Positions 50,001 to 64,000 of a stretch of 64,000 nucleotides of DNA are shown piece by piece. Below the pieces are notes generated by a model, which did no database searches, was not told the origin of the DNA, and was given only the letters and a program-made list of their open reading frames with translations. The stretch is from Phoronis australis (lineage: Eukaryota > Animalia > Phoronida): the NCBI GenBank assembly GCA_002633005.1, contig NMRA01000457.1, positions 224,145 to 288,144 on the forward strand, in the 5' to 3' direction. Within the stretch, counting starts at the first letter, position 1. The number at the start of each line of letters is the position of its first letter. Position numbers and translations under genes: made by a program.

Positions 50001-52425
50001 ATTGGTGGACAGAAATTCAGTTACTGCATAGTCGTTCTTTAATTTAAAAATTCAGCGATAAATCTCACTGTTAGCCCCTCCCATTTTATAACATGGTTAA
50101 GTTCACTAATTTATTTTCACTTTTTGACATTGGCTGGAATCGAAATCCTCCCGCTTTAGCAGTCGCAGCTCGACTTAGCAGCCCGACTCACTTCGCAGCC
50201 TGGCTCACTTAGCTCTGCGGATTTTTCATAGTGGGAAATGTATGGAAAATGATGTCCTTCATCTATTGATATTTCAAAAGGTTTGTCTTTTTTGTAAGCC
50301 ACGCCCCACTGCAAATCAGTGGAATTTTTCCAGCATTGTAATAGCAGGAAAAGTGTTTTAAAAAACGCTGTTCATATCAGCAGGTTGAAACCTCCCATCC
50401 ACATTACATGCAGTCTACAGCTGGCGCTGAACGCCTGTCCGCCAAAGACCTGATCGCCATCTGAAGGGATGGTGCATTTCAATATTGCGCTGTTATTTCG
50501 CAAATCATCTATTTTTTTCAATTTGAGTACTAAGAATGCGAGTCTGTTGGTATTGATGGAAAAAGTGCATTGCAGCATGTATTTGTTCTACAATGTTAAA
50601 TGATCACTCTTAGCTGGGTACCAGCTAGTATCATGTGGTTCAGATAACAGCCAACTTGATACATGGTTGTTAAATACTGGATTGATTGATAGCAAACAGT
50701 TGTAAAACCCAAATTTATTTGACAGCCAGGATTCACTAACTTCACTTTCAAGTAGTTTGTGACTCATTGCCAGAGGGACTGAGGGCTAGCTTGTCTTTCA
50801 TTAAAATGCTTGTATTGTAACTGAATGTATGATACCATACATGATTGGTCCTCCAAATGATGTGTTGGATTTCAACTGATCACTTTTGTCAACCATCTCC
50901 TCACAGTCCTTTGTTGGTTTTCCATGGAGCATGCTGATACATTGCCCAGCCATGATAACATGAAAGGATTTGTTTATGTTATACCTGATCTGGTTTGCTT
51001 GAAATTTGGTAATTGGTGAGGTTGGGCTGCTCAACACTTCAAATTGCCATGTTGTGCTTGGGTGGCCTGGTCGTGTTGTAGTCTTGCTAGATTGTATTTG
51101 TGCATGTTTAGCTGGCTAAAAATAAAATTTTATGTGAGGGCAATTTCTGAAAAGGCATGCATGTGAAGTGAGGATTTTTTGCGGTTAACAAAGCCTTGTG
51201 AAGTGGAAGGTTTGTGTGAGTTAAATGTGATTCTGCCCTGACGGGAAATTTTCAGTCTCTGGAATGGAGTTCTTGGGCCTGATGAGGGGTATTTTGTGTT
51301 ATTTTTAAGTGTTTTCCATGTGGGAATCGAGGGGAGGCTTATAGTGCAGGCCATGGTTTAGATCTCTGTTTAAAGTACAGGAAATTCCACGGTGAATGAG
51401 ATTCTGTGGAGCAGATTTCTGTCAGTGGTACATGCAGAGATTGGATATCATCTTTGCCAGCTACTGTGCAAGAAATTAATCATGAAATGGTCTCCATAGA
51501 CTTAATTTCCACATTATCTGCAACTGATTTCTGAACAATATACAGTGACAGACTGCATCTAATTATAGGTCTACTTATTTGCTATGAAAGTGTCCAATTA
51601 AGCCAGGTTTCTTGTTCCTTGTCAATAGTAGTAGTGGTTGATGAGATTTAGAACTAAGTTTGTAGTAAATGGCTAATTTGTGCTTGCTCCGTTTTCTTCT
51701 AGGCGACATTCAGATATTGAATTCTGTTAAGAAGACGAATTATAATGAGAGACAGTTCACACACGCAAACCAAGTGTCCCATCTCCTCTTTCGAGTAATT
51801 AACCTTTATGTGCCTTAATAATCTGGCTAGTCAGAAACAATTATGTGCAAGCAGAACCTAAACACTAAACACGCAATGCTCTGCACGGCTGCATATTGCA
51901 TTTGCGACCTGAAAATTGCGAGATTTTGGTAGATTCAAATTTGTCTTGGGAATTCCAACACCTGAAAATGACTCACTTGCATTTCGCAACCTGGAACCTG
52001 TGAGTACGACCTGAATTCCAGAAACTGAACTTGGGATTTTGGTGGGGTACCTAGCGATTTGCTGATTTTCATAGAGTTGAGGACTGTCGCATCATTGGAA
52101 TGAAAGCTTCTCATGTAAATCTGCATTTTGATTTGGGGATGGAAAATAAGAAAGCAGATCAGTTACCTGTAGCGACCGAGAAAAACATAAAGTTATGGGT
52201 CAGTTTACCCACAATGTCTCAAATCTATGGATCAATGAAGAGGCCATGTGGGTCATATTAGTAATTCCTGTCCTTTTGATTATTTTTTTGAGAGGCAGAA
52301 GTTTCCTGTGAATGTCACGCAGCAGCAAGTGGTTGGTTCAAACAGTGAAGTGCATTTCAGTTGAACCAAAGACATCAATTCATGTTTATTGCACAATATG
52401 CTTGACCAGGTAATCACTAACGTTG

Positions 52426-52571
52426 CATGGGCGGCGCACCATAGGGGACTGGGGGGCTATAGCCCCTTGACTTTTTCAATGGTATGCCGCACATGGTATA
52501 TAGGCGGTGCATCACAGGGGGGCTGAGGGTGCTTTAGCCCCCCCACTTTTTTCAGTGGTGCGCCGCCCATC
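52426..52571. mobile_element. Short GC-rich dimeric MITE (5-bp TSD)
   Basis: TIRs catgggcggcgcacca...tggtgcgccgcccat; TSD cgttg; two related ~70-bp units. Confidence 0.75.
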
Positions 52572-55500
52572 CGTTGCTTTTGTCAGTGGCATTAATTTGG
52601 GTCATCTGCTCTACTGTTGTCTCCTGTTAGAATTTTGATGCAACACACTTGTATTATTATTGAAGACAGAATAGGGTGTGAGGCCGTTGGCCAGAGTTAC
52701 GTAATCACAGCTTCAGTAAAAATGATCATACCCGCATGATGCAGGGCGATGTCTTGAACTCTTTAGATGATTTTTTCAAAGGAACTCAGGTATGCTGTAT
52801 TAGCTATATTTGATTCTCAAAGATGATATGTGCTTCGATAAATTTGTCAACTGTAAAAATGATAAATATTTTGTTATCTCAAATATTTTGGTTAATGCCT
52901 GTAATTGTTTTTAAACAAAGAGTCCAATTTCAGGACATTGTTAATTTAAAGAGGTCTATCTTGGGGTTATTGTTTAAGGAACTTAAATTAATTCTACAAT
53001 GTTGAATGTTTTCAAATTTGTTGGGTACATTATAAGTTTCCCAAATTGAAAATCATATTTTTGTTATAGGTTTGCCACATGTTTTAATAATGAGTTTTCC
53101 TGAAGACCGTAAAAGTCATCAGTTCTGGTGGTTCTTGTGGCTGTTAAATTTGTCACTGCACTAGGTTGGACTCTGTTTTTTCTCAGAAGCCTTGCTGAAA
53201 GTTTGTAAACAATATTGAGTGAATGGGTATGTAAGAGTCAAAATGAAACCACTTGATCTTAATATTGTGAAACTTAAACCTGGTCTAAACTTTATAATAG
53301 CACCATTGGGAACACTTCTCTTTATGTCTGCACTAATGGCGTCACAGTCAAACTCTGCCAACTTTGTGCTGGTTTTTCTATCATTCGTTAAGTTAAAAAT
53401 AGTTTAAAAGCTATCCTGAACGTCTGTTGATGCTAGACATTCAATTTAGTCTTTTGTGTCTGCTTAAAAATGGTACTTAGAGTAGGAAAATGCTTAAAAT
53501 TGTTTCAAAGTTAAGGTGGCTTTCAACCTGCCTCCCATGACAAAAAGCGAACTTTCATTCAGAACATTTGCCATTATGAAATTGGTGTCAAATTTTTCGA
53601 ACTCGGAATTATTTTTGACATTTTCTGTTGTACTTTTACGGGAACCTAAGATATGTGGCTATTGGTCTAGTTTGTCTCTGAAATGGCTGATTGAATTCAA
53701 GTTAAACTTTCCTGAAGGTACTAGACTTGATGCACTGTTCCCCCAAAAATGTGAAGGATTGTCTTCAAAATGTTCCAGTTTGGCATGAGGGGCTCCAAAA
53801 TTGTTGGAAAGTGAGTGGACTGGGCCCCAGTTTTTGGAGGTGTAAGGCGAACTCTACAGCTTCAGTCACCAGGTCGTATTGTCCACAAACCGATTTAAAC
53901 TTGAACTACAAAACAGGTTGGAAATTGACATTTAGCAAGTCCACTTAATTAAATAAATTGCCAAACAAACAATTTTATGAGAAAGGGAAGCTGGATAAGT
54001 GAAGTCAAGTTATCAAAAGCAGGAATAATTACTTCGCATTGCTTTTGATGTCGGATATTACCAGATAATGTCACATGTTTTATCTGGAAATACCACATGT
54101 GAAAACATATGGAGATGATCTGATGGAGTATCTGGGTAAGATAATACAGGCGGGTGGAATGAATGTTCCTCAGACTGAACCCATTGCATTGTTCAACAAG
54201 ACAAGTGTGTGGTTCCCCTTGTGTTTATAACATGCAGCACTATGTATTCCTGTTGTACTGTCCATTACTGACTGCTCTATAGAAGTGTTCATATGAATGT
54301 AATGGACAATCCCTATGATCCCTTGAAAAGAATGTGACTAAGTAGTTGCTTGTTGTGTAATGACTGTTATCTTAAAAATCCTTCAGTTTGGAGCAGTCTC
54401 TAAAATTTGGGACACGGAAATTCAATCAGAAATTGAACTTTTTGACTCCGAAGATTGGGACACGGGTGACTTAGTCGTTCATCATACTGCTCAAATATTG
54501 GCATCAACAGAATCTGAACATAGACTTGGCAGTTCATTAAATCATTAAAAATAGCCATAGACCCAATGTTTCCCATTCATGCCATAGTGTGTTAAACCTA
54601 GGTGAATGATCCTTTGTCATTGATAGATATTCTTGAATTTGGGACTGTCGACATTGTTTATTTCTAAAATTTGGTACAAACTCCAACTTAGTGCAAAATA
54701 GTTAATTGTTCACTTTCCAAAACTGGTTAATTTTCTCTGTATGTTTTACCAGAATTGCTGTTGCCGTTAGGATATTACATAATATTGTTAGACTGATTAT
54801 CTATTCAGCAAAGATCATTTGTGAAGATACTGACACATTATGCACCTGTGAATGCACAGAGGTATATAATTTCATATTTTAAATACAAATAGGTTTTTCA
54901 AAATGTGAACAGGAAATGATTTGTTTTCAAAACTACCTAGGTTTTGAGTTAAAAACTGTTGTGGTTCTAGCAACCTGTTGCTCAATTATTAAGCTTACTT
55001 TATAACGGAATATCGTGAAAAACGTATCGTGGGAAAGCATCATTTGAGTGAGTCAATGAGTGACGCATATTCATCTACTATGACTTAGTTTGCCGTCAAC
55101 TTTAGTCTGTGTATGATGTCAGTAGCTTTTGCGATAGTGCACTGAGGTGACCATAAGCATTAGTGAGACGCTTTTTTGATCCTATTTCAAGTTTGACAAA
55201 ACTGGCACGTTTGAGAAATGGGGAAAAGTCCTGGAACGTGCTTTATCAGCCATGTATATGTACAACATGTGGTAAAAATGTCAGGTGGAAAAATTAAATT
55301 ACTATTCCTGCACTTTATTATTAACAGGTGTCTGATGATTACCCAAAGGTAAGTAAAGCCAATTCTCTTGCCAGTCAAGTGCTTTGCACTTTCTTACCCA
55401 GTCTAGACGCTCCGATTTTTTGTATAACTTTGTGTACAATTGCCTGAAGCTGCTTTCGCATTAGTTAGTCCGGTGGTAGTTCTGATCATGGTTCGTTGTG

Positions 55501-57777
55501 CGATGTGCACTTAATAGCAGAGCGTCTATGCTGCGGTGCAGTATGAACGGTCAATTTCGGTCCCATCGAAGTTATTGCCAGGTGCCTCTATTATTGTCAA
55601 CAATTAAAGGGTAGTGAAGTCGCTAACTGTTATTATATTTTGCTCGAATAATCATTAGTCAAACTAAAAATAAGTTTTATGTCTATTAGCACATGCAAAT
55701 GTTCCCAAATTGTCACATGTAAAAAATACTTAGTGTGCAACGCTACCTAGCGATTACTTTGGTGGAACCAGCGTCACCTACCATTTACTTCGATGTCCGT
55801 TAACTACCATAGCTAGTATGAATGGTTTAGTTAACTTCGCAGTTCGATGCTCTGCTCAAACTGAAGTTAAGTCAGTATGAAAAGGCCTTAGGACACAACG
55901 TGGTGGACAAGAAAAATTTTATTTACTCATTGTATTGTACAACCCAATAAAAAGCCTTTGCATGTTATGTACCACAGCTACAATCATCAGACTTTTGAAA
56001 AAATTATGCGCATTCGCAATGAAGCCATGGAAGAAAGTGCAATTTTGGCAAATATCTTTTTCCAAAAACGGTGAGATTTTCTTGTAATTTTTGATTGAAG
56101 AATTCAGTTCTAGTGAATTTCTCTGAGGAAATTCCTTGTCTGCCAGGAACAGAAGTGGCTTGTGTTAGGTGTTGCAGCTATCAGCTGTCTGTCACTTCCT
56201 CTTCTACTAAGTGTTAAATATGTGTTTGTTGAACTATAGCAGCCACAGTGGGGGTATACTTGGATTTGAACTTCAGAATATTTTATCAACCACATGTCTG
56301 CCACTGTTTATTCTGCCTTCTCTTGAGGATAATTTATTGTTCTTGAGTGAAATCTTGTCTAATGCTTGATCTTGTGGTAAACTACTGTCATTGAAGATCT
56401 GCGATATCTAGAAAGTGACCAAAGTAGTTTCCACAGGTGTTTAGTGCAATGGGCTCAACCATGAGGCTTGCGCACCTCTGATGATTTTGATTTTTTAAAG
56501 TGGTTTCTAACCATGGTCAATTTTCTCAAGATCAACTTAAATTGACACACTTAAGTGAGTCATATTTATATTCATATTGCAAGTGTGTGCATAGGGCATT
56601 ATTTGTTATTATTTGGTGAAGTGAACTTTATGAATTTTTTGTTTGTTTCTTTGTTTGCACTCTATAGAGCACAACTGTTGTTGGACCGATGCGAAGTTTA
56701 CAGAAGACATGTCTCACAAATGTCTCACAGCTTATATTTTTTGTTTTAGTCAGACGCAAGACAATGCTGTGGCAGCCATGTTTTCCTTTTTGGGTTTGCG
56801 GAGCCATAGCTCTGCTGTTTCTGGTGGGGTTTTCTGATTTTTTTTTCTGTGGATAGGGCTATCGCGAGTGTGCCGTCTGTTTTTTGGACTCTGTTTTTTG
56901 CTTTTATTTTACAGTATTTGTATGCAAGTCACATTCGTGCACTACAAAAAAATGATTGCTAGATTACACTCTTCTAGAAAATTATATCGTCTTGGAGTAT
57001 TTGAATATGTGCTAAAAGTAGCAGATCCAGATTTTTGGGACCCTCAGCGGTGCAAGGTCTGGGGGCCGGTAATTTGAGCTGCCCCCCTCGGGTCTCTATG
57101 TTTTCACCTGATGACCACGACTCTCAAGGTTCCCTCAATGTTCCCTCGTGTCACCAGACATTTTCGAAATCTGTTCATCAAGAATTTTGTCCAAGTTTTG
57201 CAATTGTCTCCAGTGATTGGTTTTTGGGGGAGATTTAACTGTAACTAAGGGCCTTGTCCCACAGAACTCATTCTCAGAATGTCCAAGCGCTTTATAACAT
57301 GTTGTTGAAACTCTCTCACTGAAATGCTATTCAGGGGATGGGCTGAAATGGATGTAATTTTGTCAAATTTATGCCTCAATAGTTGCATTCTCACTTTTTG
57401 TCCTTGTTCAGGCAGTAGAACGGATGCTGAGCTCCCTCTTGTTTTTTCCCGTTTTCTCAACTCTACTGAAAGTTACCTTGGACTGTAAATACCCTTCTTT
57501 AGCTATAAATTGCCCTTGCTTGCAATCTGCTTTTCATTATTTAGCCATCAATGGTTACCCTGAATAGCCTTCTCAAGATAAAATCTACTTACTCCAAGCA
57601 TTGAAGTGCCATCCAAATTTTTTACCTGCTTAGAAACCTTCTTAACACCTCGTATCATCTTACGTGAGGATTCTCCTACTTATCTCACCTTGAAAGTTGC
57701 CTGGAGACAGGATTTCAGTGTATGAATAAGACTATCATAATTTTAAGTGTTGCAGGGAGATGTTGTTTGCAACTTAA

Positions 57778-58176
57778 AGATGTATTTGCACGCTCCTAAC
57801 TATGCTCATGTATAGTCAGAAGTAATGGTAATGCCATTTTAACCTTATCTACCCTAAACAAAGTACAGTTGTATTCAATGACAACTTGTACTTGTGAAAA
57901 CAAAAAGTTCTTCAAATTGGTGTTTTTTGTGCTAATGACGTACCTTGGGGTTGACGTAGCCCGCATCATGCAGTGTTATTCCCCAGCACCACGTCATGAT
58001 TCTCACTGGACATGGTTGAGAAATTTACTGCGGATCCTTTTTGCCACAAAACTCGTTTTTAAAAACATTTGGCAATTCTCATCGCACTTCATATTCAAAT
58101 CTTCGCTATATGTTGTGTTTCTTACTAGTTTGGCCAAACAATCACAGAAATAAGGAATTAGTGGGCAAGTTCCTCT
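57778..58176. mobile_element. Kolobok-like MITE (left member of a tandem pair)
   Basis: ttaa|agatgtatttgcac...gggcaagttcctct|ttaa; imperfect TIRs. Confidence 0.5.
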
Positions 58177-58180
58177 TTAA

Positions 58181-58679
58181 GGTTATGTAGGACCCTTTTA
58201 ATGGCTGTCTGTATTTAGCCAAATGTCTACAGGATTAAAGATTTAACTGGGTATATAATTTCTGAGAGTAAAAAACCTGAATAACTTTATTTTTTGACTT
58301 TTTACCAATTTCTTATTTATTGGGTCATGTGGCCACATCTTTTTGTGAAGTTTAGCAAAAAATAGGTACATTGATAGCAAACCAATGGTATCAATAATGC
58401 AATCAAATTTTATTTGATATGAAACTTCAAGGTGAGATCTCAAAAAATGCTGTTACAGCTTTATGAAATATGATTCCATTTATGTCACTTTCACGTTGTT
58501 TCTTAGTTAAAAATCATAAAAGTCCTGTTTTGGTAACCCCACATTCAAATGGGGAACATTGTAAAACAATTCCTAACGCCGTCTTAGAAAACTGTTCCAT
58601 AGTGTCAGTCAACCATTTATGAGATACGATGTGCTGAAGGCAGCCAAATTTGGACTTTTTCCTGGGGGCCAGCGTAACC
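58181..58679. mobile_element. Kolobok-like MITE (right member of a tandem pair)
   Basis: ttaa|ggttatgtaggaccc...ggggccagcgtaacc|ttaa; left end shared with the 9928 element. Confidence 0.55.
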
Positions 58680-59245
58680 TTAATTACGCAGGAGACGTCG
58701 TGATCATGATGACTGTCGGGTTTGGGGCCGCAGTTCTACGGGCCTCCCCAAACATTGTGCTGACTTTCCAGATAAGCACTTCCATTGTGAAGACTGGCAT
58801 ACTATTTAAGACAGTACTGTTGGTTTAGGAAGTGCAGGTACTTGTTTTTTTACTAATGTTAATATAATGATGGCACGGTGACAATCAAGGTTTGCTAGAT
58901 TCAAATTGCCTTTCAGTATAAAGCGTAAATAGGTAACTTATCATTTAGAAAGTCAGTATCTTACATTTTCAGTTTTGCTATGTATCTCATTTTTGAAAAA
59001 ATCTTCTATTCTCCTTAGTGCAAGCCCAGACATTTTGCTATGTTGTCCTCAGAAGACCTCCTGAAATGGGACAAGTGATTTTCGGAGTGACATACCAGAT
59101 GTTGTTTACACCTCAGGCTATACTTAAGCACACAATTAACACCTCTCCTATTCCACCGGGAGACGGTATTCTCTTTTCTTATTGAAAATTGATTCTTTCA
59201 ACTAGGTACTTAATTTTAAAGTAACTCAGCAGTGAATGGAAAGGC

Positions 59246-59576
59246 GTTAATTCCTTTGATATCTCACCTGTTAATTCCTGTGAAATCTCACCTATTAATT
59301 CCTGTGATGTCTCACCAATTAAATCCTGTGAAATCTCACCTTTTATTTTCTGTGAAATCGCACCTATTCCTGTGATATGTCACCTATTAATTCCTGTGAT
59401 ATCTCACCTGTTAATTCCTGTGATATGTCACCTATTAATTCCTGTGAAATTTCACCTATTCACTCCTGTGAAATCTCACCTTTTATTTTCTGTGAAATCT
59501 CACCTGTTAATTCCTGTGATATTTCACCTATTTATTCCTGTGATATCTCACCTATTAATTCCTTTGATATCTCACC
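59246..59576. repeat. Minisatellite, about 24-bp unit, about 14 diverged copies
   Basis: Consensus ttaattcctgtgatatctcacct(a/g). Confidence 0.95.
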
Positions 59577-60485
59577 CATTTTGAACAAAAGTAACTGTCT
59601 AAAATGGCCTTTAATTTTTTGAAGGGTTCCAACATGGTTGTGATTGAACATTACTTTTCTAAAGATTGGCGGTAAGCGTGGTCTACCCTGAAGATTATGA
59701 AGTTAATTATTTGATGTTACCTACTGTTTGTGAGAAAAAGGAAGCCTTATTATGGTGAGATTTTACTGTACCACTGTTTACGTCCGCTCAGCCCGGAGTT
59801 AAGTCAATATGAAAGGGCCTAAAAAGGTCGCAAATCAATCCACTGACCGTTTTATTGCAGTTTGTCACAAAAGTCAAACATCACTTTTGTACTGCTGTAC
59901 CCAGAGCGGACTGAAAAAATGGCAGTCAGATTGTTGAAAATTCTCGTTTCAATTTTTTCTTTAGAATTTTCAGTCACTTATTGTTAGCAGTTACTGAAAC
60001 CATTTGTATATATTGGTTCATGTAGAAAACAACATACCGGTAATTAGACTTATTGCGAGTTGTTTTTTGCGGGCCTCGTTGTGACAAGAGTTGGACAGTA
60101 TAATATTTAAGCCATTGAATACTCACAAACACACTCTGGCTGACAGTTATTGCACATTTCGAAGTGGCGGACTTGTTAAAGTCACCGACCACGGCGGTGA
60201 AAGTGATAATTTTAGAGCAATTTGGAAACTCATGGGTTCATCTCAACTATTAGGCAAAAACCTTGTGCCGATCATATTGTAGAGTTGTGCTATAGTAACC
60301 TTATTTATTACTAACTGCATATTCGTAATACCAAACATGTATCATTCACCGTGAAAATGGTCAAGGTTTTTGACACTAATTGTTGGCTTTTGCACGTAAC
60401 CAATGCTCCTCATTCCATGATTTTGTTCTGTGTCTGTATAATTATCTGTGAATAGTCTATGTTGGCATATGTCCCACATCTTCAA

Positions 60486-61458
60486 CAGGGCTCGACCTAA
60501 CGAGCTGCAGGTCGCATTTGCAACCTGAAATTTGGAAATAGGAGCTGAGATTTTTGCCAGCTCGTATCAAGTCGCAAAATGCGACTTAGAATTTCCAATG
60601 TATGCGAGCTGAGTTTTTACACTTCTTGGCAGATACCAGGTAAATATAAAGCAACTCTTGTGACGTGTTCCATAATAAGCGCTCACTGTTCTACTAAGCG
60701 TTCCCCCTCAATTTTTGAGAATTTCCAATTGAGCACCAACAGTTCAGGCTAGCGACCATCATTGCGCACTACAGACGACTGCATGTGGTTTTTAAATTGA
60801 CATGCAACCTATGTAGTGAATCATGCTCATTTTACACAACAAATTCAGTTTTCTGTTGTGAAATTTGCACTGATTTGTAACCGTGCATCCACTTACGTTA
60901 TTCGGCTAGGGCAACGTTTCACAGATTTTTTTCGACATGAAGTTTTTCAAACGTCGAGTTAAGTTGCAAAGTTTGGACTGCGTATGAAAACTGGACGGAG
61001 TTTACACTCAGAGTTAGTTTGGATCTTTAACGACATTGGTGGCAGTCATGTACAGCAGGTCAGACCTAGCAAAATCACGAATACTTTTTCAACGAATATT
61101 ATCTCCCTTTTCGCATTGCAAACTTAGCTACTCGAATGCATGTGTCGGTTAGAGCACTAATTCAAGTTTCAAATCGGCAACAGTCTTTGAATGTCGGTTG
61201 TGAAGAACAGTAATGCGGTACCTACATATAACAACTCAATTTTGCAACCTGAAACTTGTGAGTATTTAACACTGCTGGTAAAAGCATAATCTAAGCACTT
61301 TCTCGATCATCGAAAAAAAGCTATTTTGGCACATAAAAACAGTAGGAAAATTTTGCGACCTGGCATTTATGAATGCAAGTTGAATTTTGAAAATGAGACC
61401 CGGGTTTTTGGCTAGGTCGCAAAATGTGACCTGGCGATTTTCATAGCGCCGAGCCCTG
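60486..61458. mobile_element. Non-autonomous hAT-like element (5-bp TSD)
   Basis: TIRs CAGGGCTCG...CGAGCCCTG; TSD ttcaa; subterminal aggtcgca/tgcgacct motifs. Confidence 0.8.
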
Positions 61459-64000
61459 TTCAAAGTTGTGAGTTCGAATTCCAGATCGAGTCAGGCTATG
61501 GTGAACTCTCGTCAATTTCTGACAAAAATTACTCTGTTCTTTGTTTTTCAAAGCCTTCTAACATTTTGGTGAATGCCCCCAATTTTTGAAAAAATTTTTT
61601 GATGGTAGCGAGGGTGCAGAACTTCATAAAGCATTGATTTGATGTTAAATATCCTTTGCTAAAAATGGGAAAATAAAATTACACATATGCACCACATTGT
61701 GTCCTAGTCTGGTGATGTTTTGCCATAATTATCATGTAGATGTGCAAGTGAGTTTCTTCTCAATTCTCCATTATGGTGTGTGGAACTCTACTCATGTCTG
61801 AAGAAAACTCATCACGAGTCAAGAGACTATAAAAAGGTGACAAAAGTGAAACGAAGTTAGTTCTAAAAGGTATTAAACAATCTAAGGGTGTCGTAAAAAC
61901 AAAGATCTAGATCAGGACATTCATGAAAATTCATCATGTGTCAACAGTATGAATATGTCATACATTAACTGTAGTTTAAAAGTGGCTTTCTGATGAGTTC
62001 ATTCAGTAATTTTTTAAAGTGTTCATCGTGAAAGACATCATATAGCGTACTAGAAATCGCAAGCACCAATTCCTGACTTGATATCTGCGTGAGTCAAAAT
62101 CTACAAATTGGTACTCAGCTTTAATTTAAATATGCAAACAAACAGAATTGGAAGATCTGTCACTCTTAATTTATATTTGCAAGACTGATTGGTCAAATGC
62201 CTACTTTGGCATGATTGCCTTTTGTGTAAAATTCAGTGGCTGTATTTCTGCTGAATTTTACAGACGCTTGATTAAAATGTTCACAATAAGGGAAATTTAC
62301 ACTTAGGTGTGGTGTTTTAAAGATTTTTCGGAATGAAACACTGCCTTTTTGATATAGAATCTAAGTGATGTGGAATGTGTGTTCTTCATTCTCATCCTTG
62401 TTCTGGGACTCATCCAATAGGGGGGAGGGGTTAGTTACATCCTAAAGAAGTTCATGCTTCTGCTGCACCAGGTCTCCTTTGTTCTGCTGCTGGTTGACAG
62501 ACATTCAGTGGTATATTGTGGTTTCAAAGGATAGACTGAAACAGCAACAAAACAAAATTGTCTGAAGTATTGAAGCAGCTACTATCTGTCAGAGAAAATG
62601 AGGTTTGATATAAACCACACAGCACTATAAAATTAGTCACAAGTCATTCAAGAAATGATTTGTGGTCTGGTTGGGAACAACAGAGTTGGATAGGTTAATT
62701 CGCTCAAGGTGCAGAATGGGCCACTGTTACTACACAGAAATCAGGGTATGCATAGTGAGCTTTCAAATTTGTTATGCTGTTCAACATCAAGAGTGAAATG
62801 AAATGCCATGACTTTGTTTGTTTGAGCAGGCCACATCTTCTGGAATATAGCTTAACTGAAATTTAATCTGGTATGTTGAGCAGAGTAAAGGTAGTTGTAA
62901 GCACTTATGCTAGTTAAGTAAATTACAGGCTTTTGTTACAGCAAATAGCCCTGGTAATATTGTGTGTTGAGTGTTGGCTGGTGCTTCAGTAATGTGCTTG
63001 TTCTTCAACTAAGTACAATACAATTCTTGACCCACCCTAACCCATTTCACCCGATCAGTTTTCATCTAAACACATCATAGGTTGAAATCTTTCTTCAAGT
63101 GGCTCTAAACCAGTATTGCACGACAAAAATTAGGTATTAACAACTGCTTGTTGTGAAATTGGTCTTGAATTGTTCCATAGTCAAAATGAATATGGTTTCT
63201 AAGTTTTGAAAGACCTAACAGTTCGTTATTGCTTGAGACCAGGGTGAAAAAGACGGAATGCACCATGCACAATCTCAGTGAATAACGAACCGTCAGTTCG
63301 TTGCATGGAACATTTGGAGAGAGACTGAACTTCCAAATGTGAAGCTTTATTGTATGGAATTTTGTCGCAAAAACACCCTTTTTGCCGAGACGTTTGTCAG
63401 AGTAGCCACCCTTTATCTTCAGTTCTCGATTGTGTTTGGGGACCTGGGAAAAATCCCAAGTCACAACCGAGTCTCCACTGTGAGTATAAAAGTAAGAATT
63501 TATTTCAAAGTTTGTGTTGACTTCTAAACTTTAAATTACCCTACTAATAATTTTCTTAGATTTAATACCTTAGCTTCACAATTGTTTCGTTTCTTGCGTG
63601 CAGTCAGTGCATTTGCTACGACGGCAGTAAGCACACATCAAACATTCCTAAATTACCACAGGAAGTAAAAAGATGGAAGTTGGAATTGTTCGGCAAAAAT
63701 GGGGCAAGATCAATGAAACCTGCGCTTCCATCAATCATCTACATTCAATTTTCGTCGGAAGCACTAATTGAATTAGAGATTGAATGGTACATATTTTTAC
63801 TGGGAGAAATTGAAAAGAGGAAGCTTAAGTTTCTGAGAACAGGGTACGATGACACCATCTTTAAGCTAGGTGTCAAGCAATGCTTTTAGTGAAAAATCAC
63901 CCTTCTGAGTGTCATGTCTTGTATATAGTACACACCAAAAGAGCTCTGACAAAATGACTAGGAATTTCCTGTCGTGGCAGTTGATTGGAAACCGAATTCA

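Noticed and set aside
51703-51800. Candidate exon 2 of the + strand signal-peptide gene
   Set aside because: Good acceptor and an open phase-1 frame, but no convincing donor or recognisable domain
59246-59622. Repetitive ORFs (HLLIPVIS / SPINSCDI) or CRISPR
   Set aside because: By-product of a 24-bp minisatellite; no spacers and no splice context

Overview
Eukaryotic, AT-rich, intron-rich animal genomic DNA; an invertebrate deuterostome is my low-confidence guess. I assembled two complete spliced genes by hand from GT-AG sites and reading-frame phase. (1) A + strand kinesin-8 (KIF18A-like) gene with 20-21 coding exons at 5317-26619/29102 and two possible last exons. (2) A convergent - strand CSTPP1/C11orf49 orthologue with 9 coding exons at 44904-30514, a candidate alternative first exon and candidate alternative last exons. 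Head-to-head with CSTPP1 is a + strand 52-nt signal-peptide first exon at 45358-45409, followed by >18 kb in which I recognise no further exon; LRP4 is a synteny-based guess. A probable first exon of a divergent - strand gene lies at the left edge. Introns hold many non-autonomous DNA transposons (hAT-like with 5- and 6-bp TSDs, PIF/Harbinger-, Kolobok- and Tc1/mariner-like), a tRNA-derived SINE head and minisatellites. The least explained signal is a GC-rich, extensively self-complementary ~135-200 nt element at 33617-33815. It overlaps a candidate alternative exon and its in-frame TGT-TGA. No prokaryote-type system is evident.
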